Part shown: positions 29,357 through 40,002 of the stretch, piece after piece | Layout: each line of letters begins with the position of its first letter | Numbering within the stretch: the first letter of the stretch is position 1 | From: a virus | Lineage: Duplodnaviria > Caudoviricetes | DNA length: 64,000 bases | Reading direction: 5' to 3' (one strand) | IMG/VR virus record: IMGVR_UViG_3300037067_003400 | Coordinates: 96,001 to 160,000 of that record | Notes under the pieces: generated by a model | Database searches by the model: none | Seen by the model: the letters and a program-made list of their open reading frames with translations, nothing else | What the model was told of the DNA's origin: nothing | Position numbers and translations under genes: made by a program

Positions 29357-30051
29357 TATCTTAGTCTCCTTATGTCATCTCTAAAGAATTTAGCTAACAC
29401 TTTCTTAGCAGCACTTAGGTGATTCCGTAGTGTCCTCTCCGTCCCTATGTGTAAAACTTCAGCTGCTACTGTTTCTGTAAAGCCATCAGCATATATCATC
29501 TTGATGATAGCTCTCTGTAAGGGAGTAAGTCTATCCCAGCCTTCTCCTGTTGTGATACCATTTACCCATGACATGTTTATTTCTACCTCTTCGTCCTGGG
29601 CAGACTTGTACGTATCAATATCACGAAAGATCCCTGCTTGTTTAGTCTCTACTGTTTTACAAACCAATGGGTCTTTCACTAAATCTTTTAGTTGTCTCTT
29701 GAAGACATACTTGAAATTGCTTGCTATAGCTGTATACTTTCTTGCTGTTGTAAGTAAAGCTAATACAGCTTCTTGGTTTATATCTTCTGGGTCATAGGCT
29801 TTAAGTAGTATTACAAGTTCTTCTACTGTAGTTTGTAAGTCGTCACCTCCTAACATTGAAAGAAAGTGCCTTATGTCTTTGTCGTGCTTATCCCAGATGC
29901 CAAGTGTGCATAGTCTTACATACTTATCTGTTATAGGGGCAAAAGCTTCTATTAGTTCCTGGGATGCTATTGCGTCCCCTTCTCTATAGCGTGTAACTAT
30001 GTCGTTTAGCTCTTCTGTTGTGTGGTAAGTGTAAACTTTATTTTTATTCAT
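29356..30051 (-). CDS. phage sigma70-family RNA polymerase sigma factor
   Basis: GDAIASQELI (region 1.2/2), EDINQEAVLALL (region 2), LTPLQRAII..TETVAAEVLHI (region 4 HTH). Confidence 0.8.
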   Translation of the reverse strand: MNKNKVYTYHTTEELNDIVTRYREGDAIASQELIEAFAPITDKYVRLCTLGIWDKHDKDIRHFLSMLGGDDLQTTVEELVILLKAYDPEDINQEAVLALLTTARKYTAIASNFKYVFKRQLKDLVKDPLVCKTVETKQAGIFRDIDTYKSAQDEEVEINMSWVNGITTGEGWDRLTPLQRAIIKMIYADGFTETVAAEVLHIGTERTLRNHLSAAKKVLAKFFRDDIRRLR

Positions 30052-30100
30052 AAGAGTATGTTTGGGGAAGTTTAGGAAAGCTTCCCCGTTACGTGTGTAA

Positions 30101-30763
30101 CTACTGTTTAGTTCTCACTTTTAACTGGTCTGGCGTAAATAGCCCAGTCCCAGGAGCAGTAACTATTCTATTTGACTGTAGCTGTAGTAGAACGTCTACT
30201 AAGTACAGCATCTTGAGATCAGCTGGTCCTATGCTAATAGGGCATCTCTTAGCTTCAATGTGTTTAAGGAAACCATTGTCTGTAAAGTACTGTACTAACC
30301 AATTAAACTCAAACTGAGATTTAGTATTGATATAGATATCCCTTACTCGAGCATCTGGTTGTACCTGAATGCTTTGACGTATAGCTTGATCTACCTGTGG
30401 GTCTTCTATAAACTGATAGCTTAGGTACCAGTTAAAGAATGTTTCCTCTGAACCTGGCCTGTACAATATCTGGAGAATCTGGTCTCCATCTGCCATTCTT
30501 TTTTGAATATCTGCACCTACTGCTTCAAAAAATGCAGTAAGCTGGTCTTCTGGTAAACTGCCTAAGAGATCATAGTTAGGGTCAGCTGCCAATTCCTCTA
30601 GGGATTTAGTTGGCTCTGTGATATGCCCTGTCTCTACTTCGATATCTTTAGCTTTATCATTCTTTGGTGTTAATGTCTTCGGCATTAATGTCCTCCATCT
30701 TTTTGGTATGTCTCTTTTTCTTCTTCCACTCTTCAGAAATCTCATCGTCTTCTGGTTCTCCAT
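30101..30763 (-). CDS. hypothetical protein
   Basis: 220 aa ORF in the minus-arm operon. Confidence 0.65.
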   Translation of the reverse strand: MENQKTMRFLKSGRRKRDIPKRWRTLMPKTLTPKNDKAKDIEVETGHITEPTKSLEELAADPNYDLLGSLPEDQLTAFFEAVGADIQKRMADGDQILQILYRPGSEETFFNWYLSYQFIEDPQVDQAIRQSIQVQPDARVRDIYINTKSQFEFNWLVQYFTDNGFLKHIEAKRCPISIGPADLKMLYLVDVLLQLQSNRIVTAPGTGLFTPDQLKVRTKQ

Positions 30764-30823
30764 TAGGGTTTAGTATTCCTAACGTTCGTCCTGTATTAGG
30801 GTCTACAACTTCTATCTTTTCCA

Positions 30824-31192
30824 TTATCTTCCTCTATTATGTACGTTAGTAAGTCTTGTTTGCTGGTCTAATATTTCCTGCATGGTTTCTTCCCACTTAT
30901 CTTCGTACGCTACTGGAACTTTAGTTTCATATTCTGATTGGTACTTAGGTCTATTCTGTGTGAAGAATGGAACCTTTAGAAAGTCTGTTACTTTCTTGTA
31001 GTTAAGCTTAGTATGTGGCTTACACTCACATGTTAGTCTTGGATACTTTCTATCTTCACAGGCTATACACATTTGATTATGGTGTTTATAATTTTCACAT
31101 AGTTTACATATAGAGCACTGCTTAAAGGATGGGCACTTAACCATTACATGGTTATTGTAAAACTCTCCCATTAACATTCTTGGGGTATCCAT
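30824..31192 (-). CDS. Cys-rich hypothetical protein
   Basis: CP..QCSICKLC, CIAC, CEC. Confidence 0.65.
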   Translation of the reverse strand: MDTPRMLMGEFYNNHVMVKCPSFKQCSICKLCENYKHHNQMCIACEDRKYPRLTCECKPHTKLNYKKVTDFLKVPFFTQNRPKYQSEYETKVPVAYEDKWEETMQEILDQQTRLTNVHNRGR

Positions 31193-31606
31193 TAACTATC
31201 ACCTACACAACTTGGAATGCCCTCGTCTAATATATAGAAGTCACAATTAGAATCTTCTAAGTATGCTCCAAATATACTAAGTCCCGGTTTATCATCATCT
31301 AAACCACGAAGTAAAGTACTATCAAATATAAGTAGGTCTGGTTGCAAGGCAGTTATAATAAGTCGTACATCTAAGGGTTTCTGATATTGAACAACACTTA
31401 CTCTTCCAAACTCTCCAATAGTAAATATTCTATCTATCAAACTTCTATTAAAGTCAATTTGTTTTTCTTTAAGTAGTTGATATATTTCTTCTTCTATTTG
31501 AAAGGTATTGCCTGGTGTTATATATACTATCCTTTTCGTTTCTGTTATTTCAGAAACTATAGTACTTGCAGAAGAGGCAGTGATTACTACTTTTGGGCAG
31601 TCTATT

Positions 31607-31960
31607 TTATTCTTTCGAAGGTTGTCCATCTTCGTCCTCATCTGTTGACACTTCCTCTAAGATTGCTATGATGTCACCTTCCATAACCGCAGTTACTTCT
31701 TGGTGCCCTGGTAATTCCCATCGTACAGGTGCGTGTCTGTGAACTAAAACTAAATCTCCCCGTTTTACAAGCATAGGGATAGGTTTTCCATCTGGTGTAA
31801 TAGGCCCCGTGCCTACTGCTGTAACTCTTGCTATACAAGGAATCTCCTTTGCTTTATCTGTGAGAATAATTCCTCCAGCTGTGACTTCCTCTACCATTTC
31901 TTCCAGCATATCTATGATTACATAGTTATATAGCGGTTTGATTCTTAAAGTTGTTGACAT
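31607..31960 (-). CDS. groES: co-chaperonin GroES
   Basis: IKPLYNYVII, TAGGIIL, VTAVGTG, VKRGDLV, EGDIIA; GGAGG SD before 31960. Confidence 0.93.
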   Translation of the reverse strand: MSTTLRIKPLYNYVIIDMLEEMVEEVTAGGIILTDKAKEIPCIARVTAVGTGPITPDGKPIPMLVKRGDLVLVHRHAPVRWELPGHQEVTAVMEGDIIAILEEVSTDEDEDGQPSKE

Positions 31961-31968
31961 TTGTCCTC

Positions 31969-32460
31969 CTATAATATCTTTCTTAGATCCCATACTAAGG
32001 ATCCATTTATGTGTGTCTTTTCTAATTTAATAAACTCTCTTCTGGTTTCAAAATAATCTTCTGGGATAGATTCCCTCTCGAGTTTTAAGTCATTCCTTAT
32101 TTTAATCCAGTCCTGTATCTTAATAGCATAAGCAACAACATCTCTTTTTAATACCAGTCGCTTCTTCTTAGTTTTCCTATTGATAGTAGCTACTTTTTTG
32201 CTCCTGAAAGAAATAACTACGTAAGCTTTTCCTCCTTCTTTACTACATCTTAGTAACCCCTCCTGTTGATGATCTACTAATCTATCAAAAGGAAAAGAGC
32301 TTAATAGCTTTGTGCTCTTTGCTTCAAATGCATAGTATGTTCCATTTACTAAAGCCCAAAAATCATATGGTTGCCTATGTCTTATTACTGCAAGCTTACC
32401 ACCATGCCAATCTAAGGCAGTAAATGCATTTGTTATTTCATTTTCTAAGTAGTTTGCCAT
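31969..32460 (-). CDS. recU: RecU-family Holliday junction resolvase
   Basis: LE..I, PYDF, AFEAKST, HQ..GL. Confidence 0.85.
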   Translation of the reverse strand: MANYLENEITNAFTALDWHGGKLAVIRHRQPYDFWALVNGTYYAFEAKSTKLLSSFPFDRLVDHQQEGLLRCSKEGGKAYVVISFRSKKVATINRKTKKKRLVLKRDVVAYAIKIQDWIKIRNDLKLERESIPEDYFETRREFIKLEKTHINGSLVWDLRKIL

Positions 32461-32468
32461 ATTATCTT

Positions 32469-32636
32469 CTATTCATCTATTATTAATTCTTTGTTACATT
32501 TTATGCAGGTATATATTTTTTTAGTTTCTAATATTTCTAGGTTATGTTTAGTCTTCTTAGATTTCTGTATGGTAGCCACTTCTTTTACTTCGAAGTTATC
32601 TGGAGGTTTAAGCCCACACCCTGGGCAAGATATCAT
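32469..32636 (-). CDS. 55 aa Zn-ribbon protein (not in ORF track)
   Basis: Manual translation MISCPGCG...YTCIKCNKELIIDE. Confidence 0.6.
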   Translation of the reverse strand: MISCPGCGLKPPDNFEVKEVATIQKSKKTKHNLEILETKKIYTCIKCNKELIIDE

Positions 32637-32670
32637 ATTTGTATCCCCATAGTTTGTATTTATCCTCCAT

Positions 32671-32686
32671 CATATTAATTATACCA
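32671..32686 (-). promoter_or_regulatory. putative promoter -10 region
   Basis: Minus strand TGGTATAATTAATATG in the gap after the glycan operon. Confidence 0.5.
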
Positions 32687-32698
32687 TATTTGTAAATA

Positions 32699-33415
32699 TT
32701 ATTCCATTCTTTTCGTTCCCAGTTCTTTTTCTTTGCCATGTCTTATATAATCTGTATACATATTGTCATGAAATACGAAGACATCTGTGGTATAATCTAC
32801 TGGTTCTATAGGCCCTGCTACTTTAATGAGTCTCCTAAAGTAATCAGCATCTTTTGCAACAGCTAACTCTCTATCTTCAGCGGTAGGAAACTCTGTATCC
32901 CAGAGCCCTACTATATTAACAAGATACCTTCTATGCATTATCTGGTTATGATCTAACCAACAGAATGGGTCTGATACTGTACCATAGTTTCCTCTGAAGT
33001 TTACCCCATACCAAGGGGGGCTATTTATAATTTGTTGGTTGCCATAGCAAATACCTATTTCTGGGTTTCTGTCTAAATAGTTAGACATTACTTCAAGCTT
33101 TATATTTCTATAGTAGCAATCATCAGTTAAGTATGTAATGTAATTACTATACCCCTCCACTAAAGCTATATTTATCATATCTGCATAGCGCACTTTTAAA
33201 AGTCTTTCCTCTAATGTAGTGGTAGATATAATTAATTTAATTCTGTCATCAGAATTTGCAAACTTATGTAGGATCTCTTGTGTTTCATCATCACTATTGT
33301 CATCCATTATCCATAAAGTAAAGTCTTCCATAGTTTGTGTTAGTACTGACTTAATAGCTTTTGTAACCATCTTAGGTCTATTGTAACTTGTTAATATTAC
33401 ATCTACTTTACTCAT
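32699..33415 (-). CDS. GT2 glycosyltransferase (SpsA/CgeD-like)
   Basis: LTSYNR, MDDNS, YLTDD, LDHNQIMHR. Confidence 0.92.
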   Translation of the reverse strand: MSKVDVILTSYNRPKMVTKAIKSVLTQTMEDFTLWIMDDNSDDETQEILHKFANSDDRIKLIISTTTLEERLLKVRYADMINIALVEGYSNYITYLTDDCYYRNIKLEVMSNYLDRNPEIGICYGNQQIINSPPWYGVNFRGNYGTVSDPFCWLDHNQIMHRRYLVNIVGLWDTEFPTAEDRELAVAKDADYFRRLIKVAGPIEPVDYTTDVFVFHDNMYTDYIRHGKEKELGTKRME

Positions 33416-34373
33416 TATATACTACCTCACTTCTTATATCACTAAATTTAAAAGGTATCCTTACCCACGGGCTTAGTACACTATCTATTATATCCAAATA
33501 CTTAGGACTTGTAAACACTAAGAAGCTACCACCACACCCACCACCTAATAACTTTCCACCTAAAGCTCCTACTTTCTTTATCATAGTATACTTTTCATCT
33601 ATTTCTGGGAGTGTTATTTCCGAACTTACTTTCTTTTTAGCTGCCCAAGTTTTATCAAGCAAATAACCTACTCGGTCTATCTTATTATTCCAGATAGCTT
33701 CTTTAGCTTCAAGTGCTATCTCTTGTATATCTGTTACATATGTATTATCACACAGACTATTACTATATTGTTTAACTATATCACAAGAATTTCTTTGGAT
33801 ACCTGTATAGTATAGGTGTAGTTTTGATTCTAATTCTTCAACTCCAAAGTATCTTTCTCTTTTGTAACTTCCATCTGTATTTATATCTATAAAGTTTAAT
33901 CCTGAATTAGCTGCAAAGATTTGGTCTTGTATTCCACCAGGTTCTTTTAGTATATGTCGTTCTATCTCTATAGCTTCTTTTACTAATTGCTGAGTCATTA
34001 TAAAGTATTGTCTTTTATACCAGTGTAACGCATTTAGTAAACCTACTACAAAAGAAGAACTTGAACCTAACCCAGATCGGGACGGAAGATCCCCAGAATA
34101 AACTATTTCTAATCTATCAGTGATGCCTAAGTATTCTAAACATGCTTTTATAGCTGGGTGCTCTATATCGTCTACATTATCTACAAGTTCTATGTTTCTG
34201 TATGCTACTCTATAATTATTATTAAAAGCTTTGTTATAGGGTTTCACCATTATATAGCAGTAGTGGTTAATAGCTCCCCCTAATACGCATCCTCCATTTT
34301 TTTCGTACCAGTTTTCATAGTCTGTACATCCACCAAATAAGGATACTCTATAGGGAGTCTTACTTATTAACAT
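33408..34373 (-). CDS. hddA: GHMP sugar kinase, D-glycero-alpha-D-manno-heptose-7-phosphate kinase-like
   Basis: TPYRVSLFGGCTD, PSRSGLGSSS, GIQDQ, GGKLLGGGCGG. Confidence 0.88.
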   Translation of the reverse strand: MLISKTPYRVSLFGGCTDYENWYEKNGGCVLGGAINHYCYIMVKPYNKAFNNNYRVAYRNIELVDNVDDIEHPAIKACLEYLGITDRLEIVYSGDLPSRSGLGSSSSFVVGLLNALHWYKRQYFIMTQQLVKEAIEIERHILKEPGGIQDQIFAANSGLNFIDINTDGSYKRERYFGVEELESKLHLYYTGIQRNSCDIVKQYSNSLCDNTYVTDIQEIALEAKEAIWNNKIDRVGYLLDKTWAAKKKVSSEITLPEIDEKYTMIKKVGALGGKLLGGGCGGSFLVFTSPKYLDIIDSVLSPWVRIPFKFSDIRSEVVYNE

Positions 34374-35035
34374 AATAACTTTTGTGCCTCTCTATAAGAG
34401 TCTGGAGTGCCTATATCAATAAAGGATTCTTGACTATGATACCCATGTAAACATTTGCCAGCATTTATATAAGCAGGGAATATATCTCTTTCTAAAGAAG
34501 ATCTACCATCTGGTATAAAAGAAATGAACTCTGTATTAAGTATATAGATTCCAGCACTTATCCATCTTGATATTGGATTCTTCTCTACAAACTGAACTAT
34601 TCTATTTATATCAAGCACTACAGAACCATATCTACTTTCATCTTTAGCTTGTGTTAGTAGCATGGAACAACTATACTTTTTTCCCCAGTCCACATATTCT
34701 ATCAGGTTACCAAAATAGAAGGTATCCCCATTCATTACAATGAACTTATCATCTGTAATAAATTGTGCTGCATTCTTAACAGCTCCACCAGTTCCTAATG
34801 TCTCTTCTTCTACTATTACTTCTACCCCTGGGATATCTATAACCTGTCTACTTATTTCGTCGGCAAGGTACCCAGCTGCTACTACTATTTTTTCTATACC
34901 TATTTTTAATAGCTCATCTATATTACGCTGTAATACAGACCTTCCAGCTATAACAGTAGCACACTTCTGATGCTTCCCTATTGTTGGTTGAAGTCTCACG
35001 CCAGAACCACCAGCTAATATAATTGCTTGTTTCAT
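34367..35035 (-). CDS. sugar-1-phosphate guanylyltransferase (HddC-like)
   Basis: LAGGSGVRL, LGTGGA, NGDT, FIDIGTPDSY; adjacent to hddA. Confidence 0.85.
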   Translation of the reverse strand: MKQAIILAGGSGVRLQPTIGKHQKCATVIAGRSVLQRNIDELLKIGIEKIVVAAGYLADEISRQVIDIPGVEVIVEEETLGTGGAVKNAAQFITDDKFIVMNGDTFYFGNLIEYVDWGKKYSCSMLLTQAKDESRYGSVVLDINRIVQFVEKNPISRWISAGIYILNTEFISFIPDGRSSLERDIFPAYINAGKCLHGYHSQESFIDIGTPDSYREAQKLLC

Positions 35036-36129
35036 AATTCGAACCTTTCGAAGAATTTATTTAGTAGTACCTCCGAGGTTAGTTTTTCTTTTACTACATC
35101 TAAGGCATTAGCTGCTAAAGTATTTCTATAGTCTTGGTTATCTAATAGAGTAATACATTTTCTTACTTCTGTTGTATCTCCACTTATGATATGCGGGGGG
35201 TTATCATTATAAAGTAGTATATTTTTTTCATGTGTAAATGTAGCATTAGCCTCTGGTCTATCTGGAACTACCCAAGCTACTACAGGTACACCAGCAATCA
35301 TACTTTCTACTACTCTACTTGTATATCCTAAGAATGTAGATGGTAACCCAAGTACAGCTTTATACTGCCTCATCTCATTCATTAATACAGCTTCTACCCC
35401 AAGACGTATATCTCTATTTTCATCTATGTAGTTTCTCATTATTTTATTAGACATACTATTTGTTATGAATGCTCTACAAGTATTAGTTGCTAATCTATCG
35501 AATTGCTCTGGGAGAGTTGTTTTGTTCTCTGCTGGCTCTGGTATCTCAACTAAGTCCTTTAGTTGCTGTAACATAGAAGCTCTTCGTTGATACTGCTTTC
35601 CAAAGAACAAGCATTTATTTATTTTGTATGGCTTTATTTCTTTTACTAAAAACTTTTCTGGCATGTTGCAAGGAAACCACATAGTATTATTTATATTATG
35701 TGTTCCTAAAAGTTTTATATCATACTCATCTAATGGTAGTACATGTGTAATAAAGTTTAGTTTTCTTAATATATGCTCCATAGATAAACCATAGCATTGT
35801 GATGTAGTCATTGATTCTATCAAGTATGCTACACGTACTGGTATTAGGTCTGCTAATCCAGCTAATATTTGCTCACTTGCTCTTGCATGCATTAGTTCTA
35901 TAAACATCATATCAAACTTTATATCTTTATATAAATAGTTTACCCCATACACTACCCATTGATCTGGATTTATAGTACCATCTCCTTGGACTACTATAGT
36001 ATATACATTGTGCCCAAGTGCTTTTAGCCCGTCCTCTATAGCCCAGTTAGCAGTATAGGCTAATGGTCTCGACTGGTCCCATGTTGGTCTCTCAGTTATA
36101 ATAAGTAACACATTCTTAGAAGTTCCCAC
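35032..36129 (-). CDS. GT-B glycosyltransferase (CgeB-like)
   Basis: FFGKQYQRR, SRVVESMIAG, TLAANA pattern. Confidence 0.7.
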   Translation of the reverse strand: MGTSKNVLLIITERPTWDQSRPLAYTANWAIEDGLKALGHNVYTIVVQGDGTINPDQWVVYGVNYLYKDIKFDMMFIELMHARASEQILAGLADLIPVRVAYLIESMTTSQCYGLSMEHILRKLNFITHVLPLDEYDIKLLGTHNINNTMWFPCNMPEKFLVKEIKPYKINKCLFFGKQYQRRASMLQQLKDLVEIPEPAENKTTLPEQFDRLATNTCRAFITNSMSNKIMRNYIDENRDIRLGVEAVLMNEMRQYKAVLGLPSTFLGYTSRVVESMIAGVPVVAWVVPDRPEANATFTHEKNILLYNDNPPHIISGDTTEVRKCITLLDNQDYRNTLAANALDVVKEKLTSEVLLNKFFERFEL

Positions 36130-37045
36130 GGTGCTCCTCTCCTATTATAGAATAAGCAGTGATAAGTTCTTCTATTCCAGTATCTAAACTACGTTGTGCC
36201 TTGAATCCTTTGTTAGCTAACTTAGTAGAAGATACAATATAATTCCTTTTATCTGGGTCTCTCTTTTCTGTGTTAGTAGTTATCTTAAATGATGGTATGT
36301 GTTCTTTTACTTTGTAGGCAAGGTCTATCTTTGACATATTTATATCATCATTACCCAGGTTGTATACATTATTTTTTACAATGTCATAATTATTTATGCA
36401 GTAGCTAAAACAATCTGCTACATCCTGGATATGTACATAGTTTCTCATGAAGTGCCCTTCGAATATATCAACACCTTTATTAAAGACTGCTTTCCTTACG
36501 AAGTCATTAACTAATAAATCTGTTCTCATTCTCTGGGATACTCCAAATACTGTAGCAAGTCTTAGTACTACACAATTTGTACATTCTACTATAGCATATT
36601 CTGCACACATTTTTGTTTTACCATAGTGCGTAATTGGTTCTAAGCAAGTTTCTTCTGTACATAGTAAACTTCCATCTGTATTTCCGTAACCGCTATTAGT
36701 GTTAGGGAATATAAGCAGCTGGTCTTTACTTTTAATAGATACTATATTTTCTATTACCTTTGAATTTACTATATGAGCTTCGTCTTTGTGTTTGTCACAT
36801 ATTCCTGCACCTACGTATGCTGCTAATGGTATAATCACATCTGATTGTTCTACTAATTTGTCTAAAGTATTATCTACTACTGACATCTTAGCAAAGGCAA
36901 AGCTCTCTCTACCACATAAATGAAGTAAACTATCCTGATTGTAAAGTAGGTTGTCTACTACAGTTACATAGTGCCCCTCATCTAATAATGTTCGTGTTAG
37001 TACCGAGCCTATATAGCCAGCCCCCCCAGTTATAAGTACTCGCAT
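36116..37045 (-). CDS. NAD-dependent epimerase/dehydratase/reductase (extended SDR)
   Basis: TGGAGYIG, YGKTK, LRLATVFG. Confidence 0.95.
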   Translation of the reverse strand: MRVLITGGAGYIGSVLTRTLLDEGHYVTVVDNLLYNQDSLLHLCGRESFAFAKMSVVDNTLDKLVEQSDVIIPLAAYVGAGICDKHKDEAHIVNSKVIENIVSIKSKDQLLIFPNTNSGYGNTDGSLLCTEETCLEPITHYGKTKMCAEYAIVECTNCVVLRLATVFGVSQRMRTDLLVNDFVRKAVFNKGVDIFEGHFMRNYVHIQDVADCFSYCINNYDIVKNNVYNLGNDDINMSKIDLAYKVKEHIPSFKITTNTEKRDPDKRNYIVSSTKLANKGFKAQRSLDTGIEELITAYSIIGEEHRGNF

Positions 37046-37401
37046 AGTCCAACGTTCCTTTCAGGAGAAATAGCAATAGCCATATCCTCAGTACCATCTG
37101 GTTTCTTATCATTAACTACTATCCTTGGTCCTCTGGGTAGTCCCATTATAAGCATGTCGTATTGAATATGATGGTCTGATAGTAATTGTACAGTTTTCTC
37201 TCTATCAGATTCTTTCCTACCAGTAGTTATTATAATCTTGTAGTTTAATAGGGCATATTTTTCTATGAATTCTCTGACTCCATTTAATAGCCATATTGGT
37301 ACAACATTCTTTGGTGTACCATGTACTTGCCATTCATAGTTACCTGTATGATACAGTAATGTGCCATCTATATCTAAGAATAAAGTTCCTGGATGTTCCA
37401 T
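37030..37401 (-). CDS. small HAD phosphatase
   Basis: DIDGT, TTGR, VNDK. Confidence 0.85.
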   Translation of the reverse strand: MEHPGTLFLDIDGTLLYHTGNYEWQVHGTPKNVVPIWLLNGVREFIEKYALLNYKIIITTGRKESDREKTVQLLSDHHIQYDMLIMGLPRGPRIVVNDKKPDGTEDMAIAISPERNVGLCEYL

Positions 37402-38135
37402 TATGTCCTCCTGTTAATTTCTGCTTCTACTGCAGTCCTTAACTTTATTATATCGTTAATTCTATTTTCTGTATACCATTTATAGTAAGCATCTTGCTGG
37501 TCGTTGTATACTTTATTTTGATGATAGTGAGTTGGGTCTCCCCAATGCCTCTTGTATGTTTCATCAAACTCTGATTTATTAGAAGTAGATGCTATAAAAT
37601 GATTATGATTAATTATTACATCTGGTACGTATATGTATAGTCCTAATGGTTCTGTAATATCTTTTAGTATATGATCTTGGAATAGGTGCATTACATCTGG
37701 GTTATGTATCCATCCTATTGTCTTTATAAATCTATAACCAACCATTGGAACTACACAAAGATAATTCCCATGGTATCCGTCACTTGGAAACACTACCCCC
37801 CAGTAACCTATCTCCTTCATAGCATCAAGTAAAATAGTATCCCAGTTTTTAGTTAGTATAGCGTTGTCGTCTGCCAATAAAGTAAAGGCTACATATTTAT
37901 TTATATTTTTATGACATACTTCATTCATCATTACTGGAACTGTTTTATTATCAAAGACTTCATAAGTTACTTTTGTTTTATCAAGAACTTCTTTGTAGTT
38001 GTCTACATCATCACTATCTAATAGAACTACTATATCAGTCATATCTGAAGTAGTTTCCTTTATGTTATTAAGAAGTTCTTCTAACTTATTGGGCCTTCCT
38101 CTTGATGGTATTAAAGCTAATATTTTTTCTTCCAT
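37401..38135 (-). CDS. GT-A/GT2-like glycosyltransferase
   Basis: IPSRGRP, DSDD, LADD, HLFQD, HNH. Confidence 0.8.
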   Translation of the reverse strand: MEEKILALIPSRGRPNKLEELLNNIKETTSDMTDIVVLLDSDDVDNYKEVLDKTKVTYEVFDNKTVPVMMNEVCHKNINKYVAFTLLADDNAILTKNWDTILLDAMKEIGYWGVVFPSDGYHGNYLCVVPMVGYRFIKTIGWIHNPDVMHLFQDHILKDITEPLGLYIYVPDVIINHNHFIASTSNKSEFDETYKRHWGDPTHYHQNKVYNDQQDAYYKWYTENRINDIIKLRTAVEAEINRRT

Positions 38136-39292
38136 TATATAGCACTCAACTTAATAGCAAGGTCTACTATCTTTTCTGCTTCTAATCCTGGGTAGTTGCC
38201 AATGTAGAAGCCATACTTATGCACGTGCTCCACGTTCTTATACTCCCAGTACTTGAATTTATATTCTGACAGGTAAGGTTGTCTTAGTTGGTTACCACCA
38301 CCAGACATACCACGTCTATATTCTATACCTTCATCTTGTAGTAGCTTAATTGTTTTAGCGAGTAGTTCATCATTAGGTTCCCTTAATAGTAAAGTAAAAG
38401 CATAATTAGAGCAACCTTCTAATTTATAATCAGTGTAGAACTTATCTGAGTTTAAGTTATCTAAGAATAGTTTAAGATTCTTATTTCTAAGCTTTATGTT
38501 CTTATCTAAGTATTGTAATTGTGAAAGTCCTAAGATAGCATTGAGTTCAGTTGATCTCATGTTATATCCAGTAACTGGAAATATAAATTCAGGATGTAAC
38601 TCTGGGAAATCTTTTTCGTAAGCTGCCTTGAGACTATCAGATGTACTTTCACGTAGCATACCATGAGATCGAAGCATTCTTGCTGCATCAATGATAATTG
38701 GCTCCCTTGAAGATATCATACCGCCCTCTATTGTGCTCATATGATGCGCAAAGTAGAAAGAAAAGTTAGATACACTTCCAAAGGTTCCTACTTTCTTTCC
38801 ATTCATAGTAGCACCATGACTCTCACAAACATCTTCAACTAAATAGGTATCTATCTTATCTAAGAACCAAGGCTCTAATGCATTGTATCCTAAAATATGT
38901 GTCAAGAGTATGGCTATTGTGTCATTAGTTTGTGCAGCTATTACTTTGTGTAAATCTAAACCAAGTGTAGTAAGGTCTATGTCTACAAAGATGGGCGTAA
39001 ACCCATTACGTATTACAGATGTAACATCGGATACCCAATTCAAAGGAGAGAGTATTACTTCTCCACCTTTTGGGTAAGCTTCTCGTAGTATGCTAAACGT
39101 AATCATATTAGCTGAAGCTCCAGAGTTAACCATTACATTATAGGGTGTGCCTAACCAATTACCCCAAGCCCCTTCAAACTCTTTTACTTTAGGACCATTA
39201 GTGAGTCTAGGGTCTTCCTGCTTTAGATATTTGATTAAAGTATTAATATCTTTTCTTGTTATGTTACTTCTCATTAATGGCCACGTTAGCAT
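38135..39292 (-). CDS. PLP-dependent DegT-family enzyme, ColD/E1-type 3-dehydratase-like
   Basis: VNSGASAN, EDVCES, SFYFAHHMSTIEGG (His where aminotransferases have Lys). Confidence 0.88.
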   Translation of the reverse strand: MLTWPLMRSNITRKDINTLIKYLKQEDPRLTNGPKVKEFEGAWGNWLGTPYNVMVNSGASANMITFSILREAYPKGGEVILSPLNWVSDVTSVIRNGFTPIFVDIDLTTLGLDLHKVIAAQTNDTIAILLTHILGYNALEPWFLDKIDTYLVEDVCESHGATMNGKKVGTFGSVSNFSFYFAHHMSTIEGGMISSREPIIIDAARMLRSHGMLRESTSDSLKAAYEKDFPELHPEFIFPVTGYNMRSTELNAILGLSQLQYLDKNIKLRNKNLKLFLDNLNSDKFYTDYKLEGCSNYAFTLLLREPNDELLAKTIKLLQDEGIEYRRGMSGGGNQLRQPYLSEYKFKYWEYKNVEHVHKYGFYIGNYPGLEAEKIVDLAIKLSAI

Positions 39293-40002
39293 GTGACAAA
39301 CTCCTTACTTTTAACATTGCCTGTGTCAACCCAATTTGGAAAAGCTCGTGTATATATAGGTATATTCATATGCTCATAGATATCAGTATCGCATGGAGAT
39401 ACTATATTACTTTTTAGTAATTGTTCTGTAGCTTTCCAGAAGGTAGTATAATCATGTATATATGATAGAGCTATATAAGTATCCATATGAGAGTTAACAC
39501 AAGGGTATGTTTTGCTTAGTATTTGTTGTAATAATCCTTTATCATCCTTTATTACTTTAGAGTAGTTACAGTCTACCTCTACATTACATATCCCTATCCA
39601 ATTACGATATACACTTTCTCCTTCGAGAAGAAGTTCTGGTATAACATGTTTGTTAGGAAGTGTATCACAAGAGTTAAAGAAAAAGGGGCATTGTAATTTA
39701 TCTTTAGCACAATTAAGGCTATATGCTAACCCAGACCCCACATCATTATAATTATCTACTTCTACAAATGTAATATCTCTATGTGCATAATTTTTTAGTA
39801 AATAAGTTTTTACTTGGCTACCACACCATCCTAATGTAATTACTATAGAAGTATCTTTATTATAACTGTCTATTATAGAATCTATTATTATTTTTCCATT
39901 TACTTTTAATAAAGCTTTATTGGTAGATTTTGTTAGTTCACCTAATCTACTTCCTATTCCAGATGTTGGTATTAGTAATTTATAATTCATAGTAATTACC
40001 AT
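39286..40002 (-). CDS. nucleotidyltransferase (NTP_transferase / LicC-like)
   Basis: IPTSGIGSRL..LT...KALL, SCDT, WVDTGN. Confidence 0.85.
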   Translation of the reverse strand: MVITMNYKLLIPTSGIGSRLGELTKSTNKALLKVNGKIIIDSIIDSYNKDTSIVITLGWCGSQVKTYLLKNYAHRDITFVEVDNYNDVGSGLAYSLNCAKDKLQCPFFFNSCDTLPNKHVIPELLLEGESVYRNWIGICNVEVDCNYSKVIKDDKGLLQQILSKTYPCVNSHMDTYIALSYIHDYTTFWKATEQLLKSNIVSPCDTDIYEHMNIPIYTRAFPNWVDTGNVKSKEFVTC

